A stretch of 64,000 bases of DNA from assembly GCA_963667845.2 (NCBI GenBank), contig CAXXVL010000002.1, positions 1,984,001 to 2,048,000 of the forward strand, given 5' to 3'. How positions within the stretch are numbered: position 1 is the first letter of the stretch; each line of letters begins with the position of its first letter. Both the position numbers and the translations under genes were made by a program. Shown here piece by piece: positions 21,993 to 31,876 of the stretch. Source of the DNA: Smithellaceae bacterium (GTDB lineage: Bacteria; Desulfobacterota; Syntrophia; Syntrophales; Smithellaceae). Below the pieces are notes generated by a model, which was not told the DNA's origin, did no database searches, and worked only from the letters and a program-made list of their open reading frames with translations.

Positions 21993-22784
21993 ATGCAAGA
22001 CTTAAACGCACCGGCCAATCCCCTCGAAACATTGGCCTACATTATAGCGCAGCAGATTCACGATCATTCGGTCGTCTACATCGGAACCGGGATCCCCATG
22101 GTGGCTGGAATCCTGGCCAAAAAAACCCACGCCCCGAACATCACCCTCGTTTATGAATCCGGCGGACAGGATCCGATCGAAGGCGACATGCCCTGGTCGG
22201 TCGGCTGTCCCTTTACCTGGCGCAAATCGCCCACGATCATGGAAATGTCCTACTCGTTCGCGCAGTGCTACAACGGGTATGTCGATATCGGATTTCTGGG
22301 GTTCGCCCAGGTGGATATGTACGGCAACGTGAACACCCACATGATCGGCAAGGATTTTCACCACCCCAAGGTCCGGATGACGGGAAGCGGCGGCAACAAC
22401 GATTTGTCGTCGCTCACCGAAAATATGGTGCTGGTCGGGCTTCAGACGCCGGACAAATTTCCCCAGAAGGTAGATTTCATCACCTCCGTCGGTCATTTGA
22501 CGGGCAGCAACTCGCGCCGGGAGGCCGGCCTCCTGGGCAACGGCCCGCAGGCCGTGATCAGCCCCTGGGGCGTCTATGACTTTGAACCGACGAGCAAACG
22601 CATGCGGATCAAATCCCTGACGCCGGGCGTGACCGCCGAGCTTGCCCAGCAGCTTACCGGTTTTGAGCTTCTGAAACCCGAAGGCGCAATCCCTGAGACC
22701 AAATTAGTCACGCCCGAGGCGTTGAAGATTATCCGCACGCAGGTTGATCCGCGGGGAGTTTTCACGCAGATGCCCGCTGCTTAA
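21993..22784 (+). CDS. gctB: Glutaconate CoA-transferase-like subunit B
   Basis: YIGTGIP, LVYESG (catalytic Glu), AQVDMYGNVN, GSGGNND, VDFITSVG. Confidence 0.85.
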   Translation: MQDLNAPANPLETLAYIIAQQIHDHSVVYIGTGIPMVAGILAKKTHAPNITLVYESGGQDPIEGDMPWSVGCPFTWRKSPTIMEMSYSFAQCYNGYVDIGFLGFAQVDMYGNVNTHMIGKDFHHPKVRMTGSGGNNDLSSLTENMVLVGLQTPDKFPQKVDFITSVGHLTGSNSRREAGLLGNGPQAVISPWGVYDFEPTSKRMRIKSLTPGVTAELAQQLTGFELLKPEGAIPETKLVTPEALKIIRTQVDPRGVFTQMPAA

Positions 22785-22806
22785 AGACGGCAGCGGCAAA
22801 AAGTAT

Positions 22807-22872
22807 ATCGTACCCGATTAACCATTCCGGGCTGTGAACGCCAAACGAGGCCGATCACAGCCCGTTTTTTTC
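22807..22872 (+). terminator. Intrinsic terminator after gctAB
   Basis: CGGGCTGTGA...TCACAGCCCG stem followed by a T-run. Confidence 0.75.
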
Positions 22873-23187
22873 ATTCCGACGGGCCGCCGCGGAAGGACGG
22901 CATTAGAAGAATTCTTCACGGCTTAACCAGGGGATGTCTGTCTCGCGGAGTCTCAGAAATTTATCTGTATATCATTTATACATAATTAATTTCACAATAT
23001 GGCTATGTCTAATTCTTGCACGAGAGGCGGAGATGAGGTATGGTGCGCGAAAAATCAATACGGTCTTCCGTCCCCGGAACCGTCGCTGACAATTGGGCGG
23101 ACAGGCTAAGCCGGAAGAGAAGTAATAAACACCACGGCGGATATCGAAAAACCCGCTGGCGACGCCCTTAAGCAGAGGGGGACTGAT

Positions 23188-23291
23188 TTTTAAACCCGCT
23201 TAAGCGGGACGAGCGTTAATTCTCTGTATCCTGCTGCGAAATAATAACGTTCATTTCATACCTCGACAGCTTGCGGCGAGGTGTTTTGATT
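23188..23291. repeat. Dispersed ~103 bp intergenic repeat, copy 1
   Basis: Aligns nearly end to end with 34967..35069. Confidence 0.85.
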
Positions 23292-23325
23292 CTAAAACAA
23301 TGCGATTTTTTGAATTAGCGGGGGA

Positions 23326-25116
23326 ATGATGAGCAGCCGGTTTGATGACCTGATTGAAGGTGTTCTGAAAATAAGGGAATATGAAGGTGAAGACAAAGTC
23401 GTCAGTCTGAGTGACGCGATTGCCCGCTTCGTCAAGCCCGGCGCCAGCATTCACCTTGCGGCAACTCACTCGGCGCCCGGCGCCGCCATTTATGAAATTG
23501 TCCGGCAATTCCATGGCACAAATCCCGGTTTCACGCTCATTATGCGGGGGATTCGCGACACCGTTTCGATTCTCATTCACCTGGGTCTCGTGAAGAAAGT
23601 GATCACGGCCTTCTCCGGAAACGTCTATCCCTGGTACAGCCCCAATCCCGTGACGCAGAAAGCTTACGTTCACCGCGAGGTGGAACTGGAAGACTGGTCG
23701 ATCCTGACGCTGCCGCTGAGACTCATGGCGGGAGCTCTGGGGGTCGGCGCAATGCCCACGACGTCACTCATCGGGAGTTCGCTGGCCCTACGCAACAAAG
23801 ATTCGTTCACGATCATCGACGATCCCTTCGGCAGCGGAAAGAAGATCGGACTCGTCAAGGCATTGAATCCGGATATTGCCATCGTCCACAGCATCGCCGC
23901 CGACCGCGAGGGGAACGCGATCCTCACCGCACCCTACAGTGAAAGTCTCTGGGGCGCAAAAGCAAGCATAGGCGGCGTTCTCGTCACAACAGAGAAAATT
24001 GTCTCCACGGATTTCATCCGCCGGCACTCCCACCTCGTCAAGCTTCCCGCTTATATGGTGAAGTCCGTATCGCTGACGCCCTTCGGGGCGCACCCGGGCG
24101 GCGTCTGGAATCAGGGGATTCACGAATGTGAAGCCTATGCCGAGGATTACGAATTCATGACCGGGTTCAACAAACTGCTCAAAGACCCGCAGGCCCTGGA
24201 CGCGTGGATCAGCGAGTGGGTGCTGGCGTGTCCCACGTTTGCCGACTACCTGGCGAAGCTCGGCGGCAACCGGATCGCGTCACTCAAAAAGAATGCCGGC
24301 GAGGATGCCTGGCGCCGCGAGCTCGACATCCGGGAAGAAAAAATATCCGATACGGATGCGGCCAATCCCGTCGAAACCATGGTCATCATGGCCGCCCGGG
24401 AACTTGCAACGCACGTTCTCCGGAGTCAGTACAAGACGATGCTCGCGGGAGCGGGCACGGCCAATCTGGCCGCGTGGGTGGCCAAGTACGAGCTGCAAAA
24501 ACGGGATTACATTGTGGAGCTCCTGGTGGAACTGGGCTATTTCGGCAATTCCCCCCGCCCGGGTGAGCCCTTTCTCCTGAACTTCGGCAATTTCCCGACC
24601 TGCAAGATGCTGACGGAGACCCTCGACACCCTGGGCGTGTTCACCTGCGGCCGAACGAACCGGTGCCTCGGCGTTCTGGGAGGGGGGCAAATTGACAAAT
24701 TCGGCAACATCAATTCCCATTGGATGTCGGACGACGTCTATGTGACGGGATCGGGCGGCGCCAACGATGTGGCGACGGGGGCGCAGGAGACGATGGTCGT
24801 CATGCAGCAATCAAAGCACCGTTTCCTGGAGCAGGTACCATTCATCACGGCACCGGGAGAACGCGTCAAAACCGTGGTCTCCACCCTGGGTGTTTTTGAA
24901 AAGCCCGACGGTGGCCCGGAATTGATCCTGACGAAGGTTTTTGCCCCAGAGGAGGGTGCTTCCTCGGTCGAGGACAGGGTTCGCAAAATAAAGGAAAACT
25001 GCGGCTGGAATTTGCAGGTGGCGCGTGATCCCGAAGTGGTCAGCCTTCCTAAGCCTGACGAACTGAAACTGCTGAGAATATTCGATCCGCAGAAGTTTTA
25101 TCTCAAACAGCGGTAA
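23326..25116 (+). CDS. Fused A+B subunit CoA-transferase (GctAB-like)
   Basis: N-half is A-like (ALNPDIAIVH..ADREGNA); C-half is B-like (GQIDKFGNINS, GSGGANDV, VPFITAPG). Confidence 0.85.
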   Translation: MMSSRFDDLIEGVLKIREYEGEDKVVSLSDAIARFVKPGASIHLAATHSAPGAAIYEIVRQFHGTNPGFTLIMRGIRDTVSILIHLGLVKKVITAFSGNVYPWYSPNPVTQKAYVHREVELEDWSILTLPLRLMAGALGVGAMPTTSLIGSSLALRNKDSFTIIDDPFGSGKKIGLVKALNPDIAIVHSIAADREGNAILTAPYSESLWGAKASIGGVLVTTEKIVSTDFIRRHSHLVKLPAYMVKSVSLTPFGAHPGGVWNQGIHECEAYAEDYEFMTGFNKLLKDPQALDAWISEWVLACPTFADYLAKLGGNRIASLKKNAGEDAWRRELDIREEKISDTDAANPVETMVIMAARELATHVLRSQYKTMLAGAGTANLAAWVAKYELQKRDYIVELLVELGYFGNSPRPGEPFLLNFGNFPTCKMLTETLDTLGVFTCGRTNRCLGVLGGGQIDKFGNINSHWMSDDVYVTGSGGANDVATGAQETMVVMQQSKHRFLEQVPFITAPGERVKTVVSTLGVFEKPDGGPELILTKVFAPEEGASSVEDRVRKIKENCGWNLQVARDPEVVSLPKPDELKLLRIFDPQKFYLKQR

Positions 25117-25453
25117 TCATTTTTATCGCTTGCCACACCGTAATGGTCGGTGCCATTTCTTGTACAACACGAACTCAAGAAGAAACTTTAAAGGGAATCG
25201 GGAGGCAGTCGGTTGATGCAGCCGTCTCTCTTCAGCAATTGACGTTCACTGTTCCCAAATCAGGGATCATATCGCGGCGGCGGCAGAAGGTGACGGAGAT
25301 GGATGCATATTTACGAATCGGAGTCGAAAATTTATAAAAACAGGGAACGGCCGCGGTGGAATCACTGGTCCGTTCCCTGGTTGAAATGCGGCGCGAAGCG
25401 CCTTTTTTTGTTCACTTACAGCCTGAAGGCCTATAGCCTAAAAGTCTGCTTTC

Positions 25454-26203
25454 CTAAATCTTCATTCCGCCGTCGCAGAAGATGACCTGTCCCGTGATAA
25501 ACGAACTTTCATCGGAAGCCAGGAACAGTGCCAGGTTGGCGATGTCGCGGGGTGAGCCTTTGCGGTTCATCGGAACCAGGTAAGGCAGCATCGCATCCAT
25601 CTGCTTGATGGTTTCCGGCGGCATGTTCTTCATCATGTCCGTCCAGATCATGCCCGGAGCAATGGCGTTGACATTCACGCCCTTGGCGCCCAGTTCCTTG
25701 GCGGCGGTTTTGGTCATGCCGATGACGCCGGCCTTGGATGCAGAGTAGTTGATCTGGCCGGCATTGCCCAGCGCGCTGGTCGATGAAATATTGACGATTT
25801 TGCCGTAGCCTTTTTCGCGCATCACGCGCGCTGCGCACTGAATGCCGAGGAACGTGCCCGTCAGATTGACGGCGATGACGGCATCCCACTGTGCGTCGGT
25901 CATCTTGTGCAGAATGACGTCGCGGGTGATTCCGGCATTATTGACGATGATGTCGAGCGTGCCGAATTCCTTCACCGCCGTATCGACCATGTTCTGCACG
26001 ACCGCCCGCTCGGCGACGCTGCCCAGCACGTAAACGGCCTGGCCGCCCTTGGCTTTTACCTGATCCACCACATTTTTCGCGTCTGCTTCGTTGACATCGT
26101 TCACGACGATCTTGGCGCCCTCCTCGACGAATCTCATAACGATTCCTTCGCCGATGCCGCGGCCCGATCCCGTAATAATTGCTACTTTGTCTTTCAGTCT
26201 CAT
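25454..26203 (-). CDS. SDR family oxidoreductase (FabG-like)
   Basis: TGSGRGIG, NNAGITRD, NYSASKAG. Confidence 0.93.
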   Translation of the reverse strand: MRLKDKVAIITGSGRGIGEGIVMRFVEEGAKIVVNDVNEADAKNVVDQVKAKGGQAVYVLGSVAERAVVQNMVDTAVKEFGTLDIIVNNAGITRDVILHKMTDAQWDAVIAVNLTGTFLGIQCAARVMREKGYGKIVNISSTSALGNAGQINYSASKAGVIGMTKTAAKELGAKGVNVNAIAPGMIWTDMMKNMPPETIKQMDAMLPYLVPMNRKGSPRDIANLALFLASDESSFITGQVIFCDGGMKI

Positions 26204-26314
26204 TTTTTTCTCCTTCTATTATTTTTTGCAGGAAGCGGTATCAAACCACCCTTTGGGCGGCAAGACCACCCTTGCGGGTGGCAAGACCGTTCCCTGCGAC
26301 TCGATCGTGTTTTA

Positions 26315-26734
26315 TTATTTCGGGCATGGCCCTAGATATTTTCCGCTCATTTTGCTGTTCATCTGCATGGCCGGCTGGCCTTTCATCTTAAAGCTGGTTG
26401 TTGCCGACCCGTCCATGGTGTTGCCGGTATAAGTGGATTTGCCGGTCGTCTGCATCTCGCCGTCTTTTCCCGAGCAGGACACGGCGTAGCTGACCGTATT
26501 GCCGCTGATCTTCTGGCTGGTCGTTTTGCAGTCATAGTTTTTGTCCTGATTTTTTGCTACGGCGTCGCTTTTGGTGATGCACTGGCGGGCCGTCGTGGGA
26601 GGCATCTGCTGCTTCATGCCCGCAATCTGGACCTGCGTGCTGATTTCCCACATACCATCTTTGAGCTGCGCCCAGGCAGCCGCGGCCCAGAACACCGATA
26701 AAAGAAGAACGACCATGATCAATGTCTTTTTCAT
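26315..26734 (-). CDS. Exported DUF3617-like protein
   Basis: Signal peptide; GMWEI, four Cys, C-terminal GKYLGPCPK. Confidence 0.75.
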   Translation of the reverse strand: MKKTLIMVVLLLSVFWAAAAWAQLKDGMWEISTQVQIAGMKQQMPPTTARQCITKSDAVAKNQDKNYDCKTTSQKISGNTVSYAVSCSGKDGEMQTTGKSTYTGNTMDGSATTSFKMKGQPAMQMNSKMSGKYLGPCPK

Positions 26735-26749
26735 CTTCCTCTCCCTTGT

Positions 26750-27571
26750 CTATTTTTTCAACCGGTAGACGGCAACGGCCTCCGACCAGTCCGCCAGATC
26801 AATCTGATTGAGCCTGCGGACAAGATCGCCGATCATTCCCGTCGACTTTTCATCATATACCTGAAAAATGCCTTCTTTGAAACCTAAAGATAGCAAAGGT
26901 TCCTTTTTTCGCGTCGCAACAATTTTAATTCTCTCTTCGGCAAAAGTTCCCCGATGATTCGGCAAAAACATGGCGGTGAGCCGGATGCGGCTGTCTCCTT
27001 GCGGAAATTGATAGGCTTTTCCCGCCCGGGTAAAATTATCGGACGTATCGGCATTGGGCAAAAGCAGCGTTACGGAACCGTCCGCGGCGACCGAAAAAAT
27101 ATAGACATAGGCGTCACTCGTTACCGAATAGAAGATTTTGACATCATCGCCTTCTTTTAAATCCGTTTTGGAAAGCGAAAGTTTTACAGACAGGCCTTCG
27201 CCTTTTTCGGGGTAGACGGGTTCGACCAGCGCTTTGATTTTAACGCGGTAGAGATTTCTTTCTTTTTCGTCCCAGCCCGCGGATACCGTCTTCTCATTTT
27301 TGATTTTTCCCCGCACGGCGGCATAGATGAGATCGTCGGCCACCTGAGCATTGGAAACCAGTGTATGCGATCGGATGAAAACCCCCACCGCCTTTTCCAC
27401 CGCCTGGTTCCGGGCATCGAGCCTGGCGCGATCTTTGACTTCCTTCTGGGTTTCAATCTCACCCATCAGAGCCTCGCCGGTCGCGTCGACCCAGACGGGC
27501 TTTTCTGCTGCCGGACACAGAACAGGCAGGTTCATCAGAATCAGAATCGCAAATGCTAATAATCTTTTCAT
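26750..27571 (-). CDS. Exported DUF4384-like protein
   Basis: Signal peptide; C-terminal DAYVYIFSVAADGSVTLLLPN...YQFP pattern. Confidence 0.75.
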   Translation of the reverse strand: MKRLLAFAILILMNLPVLCPAAEKPVWVDATGEALMGEIETQKEVKDRARLDARNQAVEKAVGVFIRSHTLVSNAQVADDLIYAAVRGKIKNEKTVSAGWDEKERNLYRVKIKALVEPVYPEKGEGLSVKLSLSKTDLKEGDDVKIFYSVTSDAYVYIFSVAADGSVTLLLPNADTSDNFTRAGKAYQFPQGDSRIRLTAMFLPNHRGTFAEERIKIVATRKKEPLLSLGFKEGIFQVYDEKSTGMIGDLVRRLNQIDLADWSEAVAVYRLKK

Positions 27572-27580
27572 AACAACCCT

Positions 27581-28873
27581 TTATTCCTTCTTCGCCCCGA
27601 TCAACTGCGGCGTCTGCTCGGTATTATATTGCCTGCGGGCGATGCGCTCCACCTGGGGTCTGAGGTAGCCGAACAGGTCGTCCATCCTGAGGGAACCATC
27701 CGGTTTGACGACGTCTTCATTCCTGATCCCTTTGAGCAGGAAGTAGGTAAAGAGTCCATGTCCTTTTTCTTTGTAGGTCGAGCTGATCTGTTCGCCTGCC
27801 GATGCCGCCAGAACCGTCATGTTCCTGGACAGGGCCATGTTGCCCTGCAGGTTCATCACCAGAGGCCGCGCTCCCTGGGCCAGCACCGACCTGCCGCCGG
27901 CGCCGGAAAAGCAGGAGTCCAGGGCAACAACGATCTCTTTGGCCGGAAGTTTGCCGAGCGCACTGTACATCCTTTTTAAGGAATATCCCGTCTGGTCAAT
28001 GAAAGACGGATCTCCATCGTAAGGGACAAGATAAGCATCGCCCGTTTTGGGATTGGGCGCGCCGTGGCCGGAAAAATAAACAAACACCGTGCCGCCAGGT
28101 TCGACATGATTGCCGAGCCACTTTTCGAAATACTTTTCGAAGTCGCTTTTTAACGCGCTTTCATTTAATAGGGTAATTACATTTTCCTCCGGAATGCCCA
28201 GGGTTCGCACCAGATAAGCGGCGACGAGCCGGGCATCCTGCGTCGCAAAGTCGGCCCGCGGCAGCTTCTGACGGTAATTTTCAATGCCGATGACAATGGC
28301 GTAAGCATTTTTTCGCGGATTCGCGTAAGCTTTCGGCAGATCATCGATATCTGACCAAACGGCCGCCGCGGTCATGGATTCGGGCGAAGGCGCAGAGGCG
28401 GCGCTTACCGGCTTTTGTGCCGTCCGGGCAACCCGCAAGAGATCGTCGCTTTCATCGATGAGCCCATAACCTGCCATATCCTTTCTTGCATCAGCCGCGT
28501 CGACCAGGACCGGACGCGGGGATATTGTTGATGCTTTGACATAGTATGTCCTGCCGGCTTCGAAGAGAACGGAGAGCGCATACTGGGGATTATGGCTGTG
28601 AACGCGGTGTTTGCCCGGTTCCAGCAGAACGGCTAAATATGTACTTTCCGCGAGACTGCCCGCCGAGTTCCCATCGATCAAAATTTCAGTCAGAACGGCG
28701 CTGCCGGCGAACACGGCGTTGCGATAAACGTAAAGCAGGGCTTTGTCCGAAGGCGGCGCCATGTTCTTCATTTTCCTGTCTGTTTCCGGCGGTGCCACCG
28801 GCACCGTGGCGCAGGCTGAAATCATCATCGCCACGATCAGGAATAACGCCGCGCAGACAATCCGTTTCTTCAT
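27581..28873 (-). CDS. Lipoprotein with DUF2846-like N-domain and caspase (peptidase C14) C-domain
   Basis: Lipobox ISAC; ALLYVYR...LEPGKH; dyad motifs YFSGHG and LDSCFSG. Confidence 0.88.
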   Translation of the reverse strand: MKKRIVCAALFLIVAMMISACATVPVAPPETDRKMKNMAPPSDKALLYVYRNAVFAGSAVLTEILIDGNSAGSLAESTYLAVLLEPGKHRVHSHNPQYALSVLFEAGRTYYVKASTISPRPVLVDAADARKDMAGYGLIDESDDLLRVARTAQKPVSAASAPSPESMTAAAVWSDIDDLPKAYANPRKNAYAIVIGIENYRQKLPRADFATQDARLVAAYLVRTLGIPEENVITLLNESALKSDFEKYFEKWLGNHVEPGGTVFVYFSGHGAPNPKTGDAYLVPYDGDPSFIDQTGYSLKRMYSALGKLPAKEIVVALDSCFSGAGGRSVLAQGARPLVMNLQGNMALSRNMTVLAASAGEQISSTYKEKGHGLFTYFLLKGIRNEDVVKPDGSLRMDDLFGYLRPQVERIARRQYNTEQTPQLIGAKKE

Positions 28874-28958
28874 GTCACCTTCCTCCATCGATCAAGCATC
28901 CGTTTCTTATTTGCAAATTTTATATCGGCCCTGTCCCTCTCAGGGATCATCAAAAGAT

Positions 28959-30143
28959 TTAATCCCATTTTGTCCCCATCAACTGCGGTGTCTGTTCGTT
29001 GTTATATTGTTTCCGGGCAATACGTTCCACCCGGGGTTTGATGTAGCCGAACAAGTCCTCCATCTTGAGGGAACCATCCGGTTTTACGACATCTTCATTT
29101 TTGATCCCTTTGAGCAGAAAGTAGGTGAAAAGCCCGTGACCTTTTTCATCATAGGTTGAACTGATTTGATTTTCCGCCGAGGCTGCCAGAACCGTCATAT
29201 TTTTTGATAATGCCGTGTGGCCCTGCAGATTTATCACGAGCGGCCGCGCACCTTTGGCAATGACGGATCTGCCGCCGGCGCCCGAGAAACAGGAATCCAG
29301 CGCGACAATAACTTCTTTTGCCGGCAGTTTCCCCAAAGCGTCATACATCCTTTTTAAGGAATATCCCGTCTGATCGATGAAAGACGGATCTCCGTCGTAA
29401 GGGACGAGATAGGCATCGCCCGTTTTGGGGTTGGGCGCTCCATGGCCCGAATAGTATACGAAAACGGCGCTGTCCTTTTCCACATTGTCCGGGAGCCATT
29501 TTTCAAAATACTTCGCCAGGTCCACGTAAGAAGCACGGTCATTCAAAAGTGTAACAATATTTTCTTCAGGATACCCCATGACCCTGATTAAATACTCGCT
29601 CACCAACTTTGCATCGCCTGCCGCAAAATCCGCCCCGGGAAGCTTCTGACGGTAATTTTCAATCCCGATCACAATGGCATAAGCATTCCTATTGGAAGTC
29701 GTTTTTACCGCAGGCAGTTCATCAACATCGGATTTGACAACCCGGCTTGCTTCTCGCGGCGATTCAACAGATGCGGCCCTTGCCGGCTGTGACTGATCCT
29801 TTCCCGTTTTTAATTCTGCAAGCATCTTTTTACATCTTGACTGATAGGGTTGTTTCAATCGTGCACAACTTTCCAGGGCCAGATTAATGTCGGCGCCTCT
29901 ATCGATCAGCAACTTGGCGACGTCGCTATGTCCGGCCATGGCCGCATATCCCAGGGGTGTCAAAAATCCTGTCCCCGCCTGATTGACATCAGCTCCCTTG
30001 TCGATAAGATCTCGCGCCAGGCCGATATCTCCGGTTCTTGCCGCATCCGTCAATAAGACAGGCTTTGCCAGGCAACCGAAAACACAGACCACAAAAAGAG
30101 CGAGCAATGTCGACCTCAGGATTTTATTTAAAATGTTTTTCAT
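28959..30143 (-). CDS. Lipoprotein with short ankyrin region and caspase (C14) domain
   Basis: Lipobox VFGC; LIDKGADVN, TPLGYAA; YYSGHG and LDSCFSG. Confidence 0.88.
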   Translation of the reverse strand: MKNILNKILRSTLLALFVVCVFGCLAKPVLLTDAARTGDIGLARDLIDKGADVNQAGTGFLTPLGYAAMAGHSDVAKLLIDRGADINLALESCARLKQPYQSRCKKMLAELKTGKDQSQPARAASVESPREASRVVKSDVDELPAVKTTSNRNAYAIVIGIENYRQKLPGADFAAGDAKLVSEYLIRVMGYPEENIVTLLNDRASYVDLAKYFEKWLPDNVEKDSAVFVYYSGHGAPNPKTGDAYLVPYDGDPSFIDQTGYSLKRMYDALGKLPAKEVIVALDSCFSGAGGRSVIAKGARPLVINLQGHTALSKNMTVLAASAENQISSTYDEKGHGLFTYFLLKGIKNEDVVKPDGSLKMEDLFGYIKPRVERIARKQYNNEQTPQLMGTKWD

Positions 30144-30153
30144 TTGCAGACAC

Positions 30154-31866
30154 TCACTTTCTCAGACTGAACCTGCCTTTCAACTTCTCCGCATCGGGAC
30201 TGACCGACGGGCTCTGCTGAACGTTGAGCTGCTTGGCCTCGTCTTCCACCTGCGGTTTGATCTGTTCGTAAATTTCAGAAACGGACTTCCTGCCGTCTTT
30301 AATTGCTTTGAGAAAATAGTAGGTGAAGACGCCGTGTCCCTTCTCCGGAGAGGACGTGCTGATCTGTGAACCCTGCGTGGCGGAAAGAACCGCCATATTC
30401 TTCCCCACGGCGGCGACGCCCGTGGTCAGGACCAGCGGCCTGGCTCCTTTGGCTAGGACACTTCGTCCGCCCGCGCCGGAGAAACAGGCGTCCAGAACGA
30501 CAACAATCTCTGCCGCCGGCAGATTGCCCAGGTGCTCGTAAAGCCTCTTCAACGGATAGCCGGTCACTGCGAGATAGTTCGGATCTCCGTCGTAGGGCAC
30601 CAGGCAGGCCTCGCCGGTGGCGGGGTCGGGCGCGCCGTGTCCGGAGTAATAGACCAGAATCCGGCTGGCAGGCTTCGTTTTGTTTTTGAGCCAGATGTCG
30701 ATGGATTTTACAATCCCGGAGAGCGTCGCTTTTTCATCCGTCAAAAGCTCGATGTTGCGTTCTTTGAATCCCAGAGCTCTGGCATAGGCTTTGACCAGCA
30801 GAGCATCATCATAAGAGTAATCGGATTTGGGAAGGCTCTGGTAGCCTTCTATGCCGATGATGACCGCAATGTCATTGTCTCCCATGATTTTCTCGGCGGT
30901 TGAAAAGACCGGAGTTTCGATCTCGGCATCAGACGCCGATGATGATTTTGCAGCCTTCTTCTGCGCTTTTGCCGTTTCCTCAACCGCCGCCTTCACGATA
31001 TTCGTCAGTTCTTCTTTTGAAAGGGTTGTGGCCGAGGCCGCTTGCGGACCGGCTATTTCCTGTTTTTTTACGTACTTGCCCAGAAGATTTAAACCCTGCT
31101 TGTATTTTGTTGTTTCCGAGGCGTCTTTTGATGAACCTACGCCGGATTCCAGCGCCACCATTGCGGTATCAATATCGGCGCCGGAGGCCACAAGAATTTT
31201 GACAACGTCATGATGCCCGTTAAAGGCTGCATTGCTCAGGGCGGTCTTCCCCCTCGTGGTTTTCAGATTGATTGCGGCGCCTCTATCCAACAGAATTTTT
31301 ACATCGTTGGCACTCCCATTCCCCGCCGCGACGATTAATGGTGTTTCTCCAGAACCTGGCCCCATTTCGTTGACATCAGCACCCCGATCCAATAACATTT
31401 TAACGATTTGAGTATGTCCGCCGCGTGCTGATAATACCGTCCACATTAATGCACTGATTCTAAGCATGCTGTCGGTTGCCCTGATATCCGCGCCCCGTTC
31501 CAGTAAAAGCTTTACGGTCTCGGCGTGCCCCTCTCTTGCCGCCAAAATCAGCGGAGTAGGATTATAGTTGCCGAACCGGTATCCGCCCCTCCTTTGATTG
31601 ATATCAGCGCCTTTATCCAATAAGATTTTGACGGCAGCGGTGCGGCCGTTCTTGGCCGCACATCCCAGAGGCGTGTAGCTTTCGAATTCCTGCATGGCGC
31701 TGTCACAATGCGATGTTGCATTGATATCTGCACCGCTTAGCAATACATCCTCTATCGCTTTGGGGTCATTCTTATCGATCGCCTGCATTAAGGAAGACAT
31801 GCTGGCACAGCCGCACAGAAGGCTTATGGATAAAAGCGGCAGCCATACACGCAAGAATTTTCTCAT
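30154..31866 (-). CDS. Lipoprotein with ~6 ankyrin repeats and caspase (C14) domain
   Basis: Lipobox LCGC; repeated TPL..AA..G...VKILL..GADIN; YYSGHG and LDACFSG. Confidence 0.9.
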   Translation of the reverse strand: MRKFLRVWLPLLSISLLCGCASMSSLMQAIDKNDPKAIEDVLLSGADINATSHCDSAMQEFESYTPLGCAAKNGRTAAVKILLDKGADINQRRGGYRFGNYNPTPLILAAREGHAETVKLLLERGADIRATDSMLRISALMWTVLSARGGHTQIVKMLLDRGADVNEMGPGSGETPLIVAAGNGSANDVKILLDRGAAINLKTTRGKTALSNAAFNGHHDVVKILVASGADIDTAMVALESGVGSSKDASETTKYKQGLNLLGKYVKKQEIAGPQAASATTLSKEELTNIVKAAVEETAKAQKKAAKSSSASDAEIETPVFSTAEKIMGDNDIAVIIGIEGYQSLPKSDYSYDDALLVKAYARALGFKERNIELLTDEKATLSGIVKSIDIWLKNKTKPASRILVYYSGHGAPDPATGEACLVPYDGDPNYLAVTGYPLKRLYEHLGNLPAAEIVVVLDACFSGAGGRSVLAKGARPLVLTTGVAAVGKNMAVLSATQGSQISTSSPEKGHGVFTYYFLKAIKDGRKSVSEIYEQIKPQVEDEAKQLNVQQSPSVSPDAEKLKGRFSLRK

Positions 31867-31876
31867 GGCTTATCTC

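Noticed and set aside
26245..26300. About 2.5 copies of a 20-21 bp unit (ACCACCCTT..GGG.GGCAAG)
   Set aside because: No spacers and no cas genes, so not CRISPR; probably terminator-like hairpins
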